From the NCBI GenBank assembly GCA_950097015.1, contig CATNEN010000001.1, forward strand, positions 8,556,001 through 8,620,000: a stretch of 64,000 bases of DNA, in the 5' to 3' direction. This DNA comes from Macrostomum hystrix. Lineage: Eukaryota; Animalia; Platyhelminthes. Shown one piece after another: positions 48,201 through 60,200 of the stretch. How positions within the stretch are numbered: the first letter of the stretch is position 1; every line of letters starts with the position of its first letter. Under the pieces are notes generated by a model that searched no databases, was not told where the DNA came from, and saw nothing but the letters and a program-made list of their open reading frames with translations. The position numbers were made by a program, and so were the translations under genes.

Positions 48201-51200
48201 TCCACAATCTTTTGTTATCGCACAGAACAGATGTAAATACACCGTCTGGTTTAACGCGATTCGATTGCAGACACGAACTGAGTAAGTTGAGCAAAGTCAA
48301 TTTTTATTGAATGAGTCCTACGGATTACCGAGAATTAGTTAATTAAAGCAGCGAGGAATCCTTATGTCTCAAACCCGTCTAACCCTTTCTAGTAAATAAT
48401 TAAGTCTTTGTCATTCAACATTAAACTAACCTTAAAATCTTGCGAATGCTGAAGATTAATTTGCACTACACGCCAAGCTAAACTAGACAAGCTTGGGTGA
48501 TTTGTAGATTTCCAAACTACCTGGTTGCCGCAGGTGATAAAGTTGTACTCTAAGCCTTTAGTTTCTCGCTGGTTTTGGGTACAGGAACTAAAAATCCAAT
48601 TGAATCATAACTTGTAGAGAAAAAAATTATTTGAACCATTTTGGCAGCTTGGGGAAGACAAACCTAGTAGATGGAGTATTTTTAATTACCTTGAAATCTG
48701 ATTGAAGCTTAAATGTGATAGACACAGATACTAGCTGCCATTTAGAATTTACTAATATGCTGGCAGTGTCAGGTGAGCCTGTTGCTACCCAGACGCGTTC
48801 ATTCTTGCAAGTGTGAGCACTAATAAAACGACCGTTTTCCTGATCCTCAGAGGTTGAGCAAGACCTGATATTTTGAGCAATACAAAAAAGTTTTTTCCCT
48901 GGTTAATTTAAAATCAATTTTATGAATCGATATTTGGAGGAAGACTTCACTGACTTAGTGCCTTAGAAACTAATATTTTACCTTAAAATCGTTTTTCGAA
49001 GTTAGATCAACACTAACAGAAGACCAGTCATTTTTGGTTCCAATACGAACACCAGACTGTCCCATAGTCCATAGTTTTTTGTTGTCGCAAGTCACCGAGG
49101 TGAATAAACCATCTGATTTAACTTGATCAGATTGCAGACATGAGCTACGAAAATTATTTGAAACATTTTTGTTAAATTTTAAATTAAATGTTTTTGTAAG
49201 GCTTTTTGACAGCGGAGAATCGAATCAATGCTCCTTAAAATTTATGGAGACAGTATAAAAAATCACCTTGAAGTCTGGCGAATGCTGCAGACTAACTTGA
49301 ACACTGTGCCACCTTGCTGAGCCACCAGTTAAACTGTCCCGCTGATTATTATTCCAAACTACCTGATTACCGCAGGTAACAAAGTTGTAATTAAGGCCCT
49401 CATTTTGACGATGATCCTGCGTGCATGAGCTGCAATTGTACAATACGACCTAAATTCAGGTCTAAAGAACTGATGCACACGTTCCATTCCCTTGATATAT
49501 ATATATAATTGGCAGCAAGTGAAGCTTTGCATAAAGGTGCGTTCTTCATACCTTATAATCAGATCGATGTTTAAGATCTATAGAAACGGAACCCAACTGC
49601 CACTGTTGAACAGCTTGTCTTTGGCCAACCCAGATTCTTTCATTCTTGCACAGGTGGGCACTAATAAAGCGACCGTTTTCCTGATCCTCAGAAGTTGAAC
49701 ATGATCTAGTTTGTTAAAGAACAACGGTAGGCTTTGACATGACACACATTTCATTTTCAGAGGTCTCAAGGGAAGACTTCAAACGCATATTTAGGCTTCA
49801 ACCTAATGCGTGATAATAAAGTATACTGGAAAACACCCAAACCTTAAAATCAGTCCCAGATTCGAAGGTGACTTGCTGTACTATCCAAGATCCACTTTTA
49901 ATGGAATTAACAGCTGAAACTGAAGCAGATACTGCGTCATCTGAACGCCAGGCCACCTCATTGTGACAGGTGAAAGATTTGATTTCTTTACCCGATCGCT
50001 GACGCATCTTAGTGTTTTCTTGACTACAAGATCTGATAATTATAATTTATGGGTTAATTGTGCTTAAAACTAGGCAAACTTTTCTAAAAATTGACACGAA
50101 GAGCTTCAAGGTTTTCCTATTCGTTTCAAAATTTGTAGTTTCTAAAGACCGACCTTAAAATCTGAGTTGGATTCCAAATCCAGATACTGCTGCAACCAAG
50201 AATCAGGCCGAATTGCACTATTGTCAGTGTCAGGCAATTGAGTGCGCCAGACAATTTCATTGTGACACAGCAGAGACTTGAACTGTTTGCCAGTTTGATG
50301 ACTTAAACTGTTGTTCTCTTGACTGCACGATCTAACATTTTTAAGACATAGTCTTTATAGAATATCGAATTCAAACAGGCCATACAACGGGACAAACTTC
50401 AAGGCCCCTTGTGTATTGAGTAGCTTACTAGAACAGAGTTTAATAATAAAATCCCTCCTTTGAAATTACCTTAAAATCTGAGCCAGTAGGCAAGCTAACA
50501 AAAGCGGAGTACCAAGAACCGACATTGACTCCTGTAGCTAGCATGGAATATTCCGATGTCCACACAACCCGATTATCACACAAAACTGATTTGAAATCGG
50601 CACCCAGTTCATTGCGAACTTTCTGGGTGCAGGAGCTAGGTCAGAAGAAAAAAATAATTTTAGGCAATCATACTCGTATGTTTGCAAAAGAAATCTACGA
50701 AAGAACAATTAGGCTGGGAAGACTTCAGACAATCGATCTTTATTAACCTACGAGATTTACCTTAAAATCACGACCGGTAGCAATATCAACAGATACTGGA
50801 GTCCACTTTGGCTCCGCAGCTCCAACTGGGGACAAAGTTGCCTTCCATAATTTTAGATTCTCACTAGAATGTGTTGAAGTATTTGTAACCGAAAATGTTT
50901 GAATAACTGCTTTTAGTAGTATCATTATTATGAAGGTTGTAAATGATACGCTACATACCAATAGTGACCCGCAACCTCTTGACCAGCCCTCTGCTTTTCC
51001 ATAGAGACGCATGAACTGTTTGATATTTCAATAACAAAATCTGAAATTAACCTCCTTCATTCTGATAGAAATTAGCCATGATAAAATTTTCGTTCTTTGG
51101 CAGAAGGGAAGACCCACTAAGAAAAGTCGAAAGGAATAAATGAAACAAACTCTCTAAAAAAGTCTATGTTACCTTAAAATCTGAATTGTACTTCAAATCG

Positions 51201-54200
51201 ACTGAAACGATATTCCAAGAGCCATCAGCTTTGGCAGAGGATATCCAAACATCTTCATTGCGACACATGTGCACACTGAACGCTTTCTCTTTTGGCTTTG
51301 CCACTGTGCAGGATCTGGTTTTTACATTGTTATGTTAAAGAGCTTTTCTATGAAAAAAAGAAATGAGGATCTGTTGGTAGCGTAAATTTTCGAGCGTAAA
51401 TTTGACAGCAGGAACACTTGCCTTCGAAATTTAACTGCAAAAACTAAGTTAAGAAAACGAAATGCTACCTTGAAATCTGCAGCCTGTCGCAAATCAACAG
51501 AAACTGATTGCCAAATTTGAACGGTACCATCTAAATTCGAGCTAGACCACAGAACGTCACTTTCGCATAGGGATTTTCGTTTCTCGGCACCGGACGATTT
51601 AATGTTACTCGCCACAGTGCAAGACCTGTCGGAACATGTTTAAATCATAGTGCGCAAACTCCTGTTTTAATTTAATAATCCACGAGTTCAAGGTTTGGCC
51701 AGCGGAGAAGAATCGAGCAAGGGTGGTGACAAACCTTAAAATCTGTCTCAGATTCGATGCTAACAGACTGAGTAAGCCAACTGTTACTAAGGCCGGCATT
51801 GTCCTGCAAACTAGTCGAGCTCCATAATTCCCAGTTGTCACAATTTGAAGTGCGCAACTTCTTGTCGCCGTGCGTGATTGCTTTCAATTGCGAGCAAGAT
51901 CTGGGCGAATCGTTTCAAAATATTTCCCATTAAAAGATATTAAACTTCGGCGTAAGATTTTAACAGCGGGAACGCTTACCATTTTTGCACCAATTTCGTG
52001 ACGTACGTACTTAACTATTAAAACAAAACAATTACCTTAAAATCGGTTTCATCACTACCAATAGATATATGGATTGAATTCCAATTTAATGATTGACTAT
52101 AAGTTGAACGCCAAATTTCGACACTCTTGCATAAATGGGACATGACTTTCTGGCCATTGTTGGATAGTTCGGAGTCAGACACGCACGACCTAGAAAATAA
52201 TCCAGAAACTGTTTGTTGACCTGATATAATGAACGATGCAACTGATAATCTATCACAGAAGGAAGACTTCAATATAGGGCTATTCTATAGTGTGTTCTAA
52301 GGTTCTAATTGGCAGTTCTTACAACAGAGAACATGTAATTTATGCAGATATGTGACTGTGTGGTCCTATTTGTCTTAAGCGTCTATTTAAATTCTTAGTC
52401 CACTAGACTCACTTTAAAATCTGCCGCCGATGCCACACTAGCATAAACAGTTTTCCAATCGCTTGTACTACTGCTACTACTTAAAGTAGACGACAGGTCG
52501 GCATCTGAAGAACCGCCGCCAGATTTCCACAATGTGACACTTTTACACAGATGAGAGTTCACCTCTTGACCGTTCTCCAGCTTAGAACCCGACATGCATG
52601 ATCTTTGTTGTGTGGAAATAGAAGAGTTAAATAAACATTTTAATTGAAAAATCATTCCTCTTGTTATTATAAAATTAAGCAGTTGGGAAGAAAGGGCTCG
52701 GAAAGTGCTTGATACGCCATCTAGAATAAATAACTAAATGGATAGAAATAAACCCTTTGTTAATTAGATAATTATTTGGCATACTTGAATGGCAGATAAT
52801 GACTTTTTATCTTATATGCACCAGTTATTTCCACCAATACTCATTTTTATAAAATTCTGTTTTTATTGTTTTGCGCTCCGGTGCAAGGTACCTTGAAGTC
52901 TTCCCCGCTGCCAAATTTGAAAAATCAATGCTTTACTGTAAGTTATATATGTATAATACATCAAATTGCGATAAGCCAATGCACAAAGCAATACATCAAG
53001 TAAGAATACGTAAATAAACAATGAGCATCAGGAAAAATGTTTATTATTAACCATAAAGCTTTGAATCCTAAATACGAGTATTTCTTTCTACGAGCGTAAG
53101 AATTGAGCACATTCAAAAAGCACCTACCCACGCGATCGTTTCAGTAAGGTAAGACTAGACCCTCCGGTAATGTACATTGAGAAATCTAAGCACATTGAGG
53201 CAGCGGACATGCCGCTATCAACTTCTAAGTCGCGTGGGACAGCGGCAACCCAGCCTGGAAACCAAAGCTTCCCAGACAGGGCGGCCTGATTAGCCGGAAT
53301 ATGACTGCCAACTACAGGGAGCAGGCAGGCAGCGTCAGTTCGCATAGCAACCATCTTATTAGTTGCCATGGGAACCTCTATAGAGGTCCAACGCCAAGCA
53401 ACAAGATCGTTAGCTGGATCGTTGGCATAGTTGCACATCCGCTGGCTGGCAAAATCACAGTTGATATCAGTACAACTGACTGCATTTAAGAATATTTAAA
53501 GCGTTTTGTTAATGGAATATTAGATTGATCACGTAACCATATTGCAACGGCAAGGCTCGTTCTCCACATTGAGATTTTAATGTCGAAAATTGTAAAATAG
53601 ACTGAATAAGCCTACCCAAAAGAACGCTTCAACAAGGCCAAATGTACTCCAGGAGTTGCAGCCTCTCTAGATAGTAGTCTATAAGAGAACTGAAGGCACA
53701 TCTGTTCTGAAACATCCCGCCGACTCTCAGCTGTTCGTCTGACAATCCAGTTACTGAGAAAGATGCCAGTGTGTTGGCCGTTAGAACTGCCCAATACGGA
53801 GGCATCGTTTGGAATCATGCAATAGGCAGATGCGCCAGTTTTTGGATCGATAACGGACTTCCAATTGGCCGCCCTATTATAAGGATCGTCACTCCAGGCG
53901 CAAGACATTGGTGAATTCGATTTACACTCGATGGAGGATGCCGAATTGGTAGCTACAACTGAACAATCCATTGCATTTGAATACCATTTAAAATGAACTT
54001 TAAAAACTAAACTATTAAGATGGCTCGTTGCTCCATTTACTTCAGCGAAGAAAAACAATAATTGAAACTAACACCTAGACAATTTTGGGCCAGCTCTGCA
54101 GCTAGTGGAGCAGTCGCAGCTTTTGTACGACGTTTCTAAAGACTGCACAGCTGTTTAGTCCGTAACAAACAAGCTAATGCAAAAAGCATACCCAAATGAA

Positions 54201-57200
54201 CGCTTCAGCAAAGCCAATTGTAGGCCGGACAATCCTAGACTTGTGGGTGCAACAAATTTAAAAGCAAACTCGAGACACATGCTTTGCTGTTGCTGTTGTT
54301 GTTGTGATTGCCTAGCAGCAATCCAACCGCTAATGAAACTTCCTGAGTGGTCTCTAGCAGATGAAAACGCTGCCAAATTCGGAATCAAACAGTAGGAAGA
54401 AGAACGACTAGCTTGATCGATGGTTGCCTTCCAGTTGGCCGCTCGATTAAACGGATAATCACTCCAGGCGCACAGAACTGGGGAACTCGACGCGCAGCCA
54501 ATCATATTGGCAAAAAAGCCGACTAGATTTAAGTAAAAATATCAAAAGCAATTTAACGAAAAAACGCAAACAGGCAAAAATCGATCTAAGACTCGTTGCT
54601 CATAAACATGGGTATTTTTCAGGGTTTAATAATCGCTAACCTTACCCATGGGAACGCTTCAGCAATGCTAATTGCATTCCAGAAATTAAGGAGTCTTCCA
54701 TATTAGCGAATCTATAGACAAACTGGACACACATCTGCTGCGATTCTAGAGAATCTGAATCGTCTGCTTTAGTTATCCAATTGCTAAGAAAGCTACCAGT
54801 GCGAACTGGGGAATCGCCGGCAATTGATCTTGTCGGAATCAGACAATAGGACGATGAGGCCCTAAAGGCGTTAGGATCGATTGCCACCTTCCAATTGGCT
54901 GCTCGATTGAAAGGCGAATCACTCCAAGTGCAAAGTGTGGGCGAACTCGATGAACAATCGATTGACGCGGCTAAGCAACAAGCTTGAATAATTTGCAATA
55001 AACATTTTAAGACTTTTTAAACTATCATTTATCTTTAATCAATAAAATATTTTAAATTTAAGGCTCGTTGCTAACATAAAATTTTAGAAAACATACCCAA
55101 AAGTACGCTTCAACAAAGCCAGTTGCAACCCAGACGAAGCTTCTATTAGTGCATCTGGTGCAACAAACTTATAGATAAACTGTAGACACATCAGCTGCCG
55201 TTGTTCACTTTCCTCCGTTGATGTAATCCAACCGCTAAGAAAGCTACCAGAGTGAGCCTTGCCAGAAGAGCTAAGTGACGACGAAATTGAATGAGACAAT
55301 GCCCTGTTAGGAATAAGGCAGTAAGAAGACGAACGACTGTTAGGATCAATCGAGGCCTTCCAATTAGCGGCACGATTGAATTGACCGTCGCTCCAGGTGC
55401 AAAGAATTGGCGAGCTCGATGAGCAATCAATAGAGACACACTGACCAATCGCTATTTACGAATTAAAAAAATAAAAGTGCGTTGCTGAACCCTTACCATA
55501 ACAAAAACAATTACACAGAATTTTGGCAAGGCTCATTGACAAAGGTGAATCGAAGCGACAGATCGCGCAAATGTTAGCAACTAACTAGTAGCCTACCCAG
55601 AAACTCGCTTTAGTAGACTGAGCCTCGCAGCACTAGGGCTGCCAATGTCTGAAGAATCCTGAAGCCGATAAGAAAACTGGAGACACATTTGATCAACTGG
55701 TCGGCTATTATCAGAATCTGATGCGTCTTTAGCCATCCAAACGCTATGAAACTCTGCAACTAAGCCAGCTGCACTGCTACCGCTTGAAACTCGACGCTTA
55801 ATAGGCACGAGACAATAAGACGATGGGACAGATGGACTCGAGCTAGTCGGATCTAAAGTCATCTTCCAAGCGCCATCTTTTTTGTCAAGATCGTTTCGCC
55901 AGGTGCAACTAGTTGAGGCACTCGAATAACAGGCAAGACTATCATCGGATAAAAGTGTTGCTGAAGACAGTTCGTAGATGAAAACATGCTTTAAACAAAA
56001 AATAAATTAAAAAATTAGACTCGGCTCATTGCTCCAAACGCTATACAATTTTGTGATAGTTTTTTTACCCCCAATTTCGCTTCAGTAGACTGAGCGATCC
56101 TTCACGCGATGCGGCTAGATAGCTGAACGCAAGACACATACTAGCCGGTGAGTGCTCGGTGCCACCCGATGAGCCAGCTGTAATCCAATGACTTTCAAAG
56201 CGGCCAATTAAAAAGGATTGCTGCTGAGGTACACTTGGAATCAGACAGAGATGAGATCTGCTGGTTCCGATTGAATTTCTGTCGCCCGCGGCGTCAAGAG
56301 CGGACACCCAATGAGCGCCTTTATTGTCAAAGTCATCGCGCCAACTGCAATGCCCAGCAGAGCTGCATGCTAACTGATCTAGTGTTGCTTGGGTTGCAAA
56401 ACTTCCTGTTTTATGGTGCAGAATATAATCAATTCTTACTTAATTAAACTAGTTATTTTAAGTGAACACGAAAGAAACACGTTTTGGCAAAAGCTCGTTG
56501 CTCCTAAAATCCGGAAAACATTTCTTCGTACCCACGACTCCTTTTTAGCAAGCTCAATCCAACAGTGCCAACTTGATGGCCATCTAAACTCATGGATTGG
56601 TCGATGCGATAGGCAAAGCTAAGGCACATATCGCCAGAATTGGAGGACGATGGCACGTGTCTGCCAGTGAGCCACTGGCTAACAAATCGGGCAACAGCTG
56701 CAGGCCGATTGTTGCCAGACCCCGATCCGGGGCCAAGTTCCGGTACGAGACAACGCGGAGACTGAAAAGCAGCTGACGAATGCAACGAAGCTCGCCAATG
56801 AGCGTCGATGTTGTCCTGATCATCGCGCCATCTACACGGAGTGGCTGAGGCGCTGATACAGCTTAGCTCAGGTACAGGGATAGAAGCCAAACAATTTTCT
56901 AAAAAAATCATAAACAAACTGCCTTTTTTTGTGTGTAGCCTACTGGAAATAAGCGTTACAAAGGCTTCACAAGGCTCGTTGCGGTATTTTATAAACAGTC
57001 TACGTTCCATAAAATACGTAGGCGTCCCTGATCCCATACCCGAGACTACGCTTTAGAAGATTAAGTGTGGCTTGACCAGCAGTCCAGTAAGCGAACTGGA
57101 GACACATCTGGTAATTGTTAGGCGTATTGGAAGCGAGCACAGTTGGACTGACAAACTGGCCACTGGCATCAGCTCCAATAGTAGCTGCGAAAGCAGACTG

Positions 57201-60200
57201 AGGAACAAGGCACAATCCAGTGCTGCCACCAATGACCGAACTGACATCGGCCAGTGTCCAATGAAGGCGACTAAAAACATCATTTAGCCAGGCGCAGTGA
57301 CCACGAGCGGTGCACTGTAGATCGACTCTTGTTGCTGTAGAAACACAAAGAGATCAATTAATGCAACAATAAACAAGCGCGACGCTATTGGAAAAGGCTC
57401 GTTGCTTCCAGAGATCTACTAGCATACAGAGCAAACAGCAAACAAAAAGACAAGAAATTAGCAACTAAATTTCTACCCTCGATTTCTTCGGAGCAGCTGC
57501 AGGTCGACACCGGAAGACTGCTGCTCGCTAACTAGATATCGGAAGTGCAAACAACCAACGCTGGTGTCGGCAACAAAACGGCTAACAAAGCGCGCCTTTG
57601 TTGGAAGATTAATCGCCGATGGATCTCTGATTAAACAATAGTGCGTTTGGAAACGAGCATTTTCAGTCACGGTAGCCAGTTGCCAGTGTGAATCAGTGTT
57701 GTAACTATCGTCCAGCCAATAGCAGCGCGATTTACTCTCGCAGTGCAACTGCTTAATAGCCAGAGTATCGGACTCACAGTTCACTAAGCAAGTAGGAGTT
57801 AAAGGACAGATTTTATCAGGAATGTACAGCCAAAAGCTAAATGTAAACAAGCATTGCAAGGATTTGTTGCTCCATTCAATTCTGTACGCTAATTCATATT
57901 AGTAACGGATTTTTACCCAGAGTGACGCTTAAGCAGCTGCAGCGAAGGAGCATCGACATTGACAAGCCCCTCGGTGTCAGATGCCGAATGCGCAAGCTGA
58001 TAGCTAAACTGCAGACAAGCCGACTGAATTTGTTCGGCAAGAAATAGGCTAACAAAGCGAGCTGACACTGACAAAGGGATAACAATGCTCGGACTGTTTC
58101 TAACCATGCAGAATGCAGATCTGTGTAGAGCAGAATTAGGCAACGCTTGAACAGCAGCAAGTTTCCAATGGGCCTTTGTATTATAGCCATTATCATCGCT
58201 CCATAGACAAGTATCGACGCCGTCACTGTGACAATTCAACGCCTTGATGACCCGACTCGAATCGCCATTAATACTAGACAACTTAACTGCTAAAAGAAAG
58301 CCGATGTACTTTTTATCGTATTTCTTTCTTAATTATAATAAACTAAGTTTCTAACAAGGCTCGTTGCAGGAAGTTTCGATTTAAATAAAAAAACTGATTC
58401 TCCTTACCCAGAATTTCGTTTCAACAATTGCAGCTGACTATCCTGTCCTACGAGTTGATAGGCAAACTGCATACAACCCTGACTAATAGATCCGCTAGCA
58501 ATGAAGAGGCTAACGAAACGAGCCGACACTAGCGAACGGGCGCCACCGCCTGTGACAACTGCGCAATAGCTGCTGCGATAAGTGGTGGCAGCAGCGCTAC
58601 CACCAGTGTCCAATCGTGTTTCGGCAATGCTAGCTAGTTTCCAGTGTGCATCTGTATTATAGCCAATATCGTTGAACCAATTGCAAGATTGTGTGAGGCT
58701 ACTAGAGCTGCCGCCGCCACTGCTGCTGCTACATGACAACTGGCTAATGGCCGCTTGACCGTTCAGTGGCGAGGATTCTAGCCTAGCTGCAGATTTTTTC
58801 AATTTAATTTAATAAACCATTCTTCCCACGATTCTACTTTTTAGCGAAGGCTCGTTGCTACACTAAATCACAAGCCATATTACCTTTTTCTACTACATAA
58901 AACAAAGATTGATAAGCCAATTTTCTAACCCAGATGAGCGTCTTAGTAGAGCCAACATTGGACGATCGTCGGTAGAATCGGCGCCAATTTGAATGCCTCG
59001 ATCGACGCGGTAGCCAAATGACAAGCAGAGACCCAGACTGCGACCCGAGTTGCGAACCCAGTCGCTTAGCAACCGGCCAGAGATAGGAACGGAAGTTGCA
59101 GGAATCAAACCAGCTGTGCACCAACTGTTAGTGACAACTGACTTGGACTTTGATAATGAAGAAGCATCGCCATTGTGAATAGCGAAACGACGCCATTCCA
59201 ATTCACGATTGTAGCCATCGTTTGACCAGCGATCCGTTACTAATGACTCTTCAATTGCTGCTGGACCAGAGGCTGTCGCTGTGCACAGAGTTATATCAAG
59301 TTTAAGTACTTTTTTTCAGGAAATTTCGTTTTCATACGGCACTAAAAGAGGGCAGACTGACTCGCTGCTCCATTGTGCTAAGCGGAATATTACTGGAACA
59401 GTTGGGTTCCAACTATTTAAGCTTCGCTTGAGCCTCGGACTCCTGAGAGAGGGAGAGAGAGGTCTGAAGTTCGAGTCTTCGAAGCCAAAAAAGGAAACAA
59501 CTTGCGCCCTTGAGTGAGACACTTAATCAGCCCATCCAGATATAAAATTGGTACCAGTACCGGAATCAATATTCCACGGACTGTACAGCTGAACGTAGTA
59601 GTGTCTTTGAATGTGGCTGCGTATCACATAATCAAACTAAATAAAATTGATTCTTTGCAATGATAGCTGCAGGTGCTTACACAGGCACACGCTCACAGGG
59701 GTGTACATCTGACCCGACTTTCTCATGGTCAGGCAGTGCACACTCATTGCGGCTTGGCGGTTGGCCGCGGATTCGAACTCAGGAAGCTCAATCTAACTCA
59801 CCCGTGAGCACTTTTCAACAAAGCCAATTGCGGCCTGTCATCAGACAAATCAAGCTCATCCAATGGAACAAAGACTCGATAAACAAACGACAAACAGCGA
59901 GCATTGGCCTGACGATCGACTCCAGCCGTCCACCAGGGACTCTGCAGTCTAGCTGCCCCGCTGCCCTGCAGGCAGACAGCCTGAGTGGCGGCCTCAGTCA
60001 GGTGTCTGACCTGCCAGGAACTGCCAGGGCGCCAGGCCAAATCTACCCAGTTGCAGGCAATGGACGAGCTGTGAGACATCTGCTCAGAACTGGGCCGGTT
60101 CTCAAAATCACAGACGGCTGCGTGATTTAGTACCGAAGTTACCGCTAAACATGAAAAATACACCAAATTTCATTTACAATAAAAAAACTTTACAGACAGA

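Noticed and set aside
45724-60144. Reading the A and B repeats as constitutive exons of a multi-MAM protein, or as separate small genes
   Set aside because: Each encodes only part of the domain, all A exons precede all B exons, adjacent same-cluster joins shift the frame, and there is only one signal-peptide exon and one TM exon
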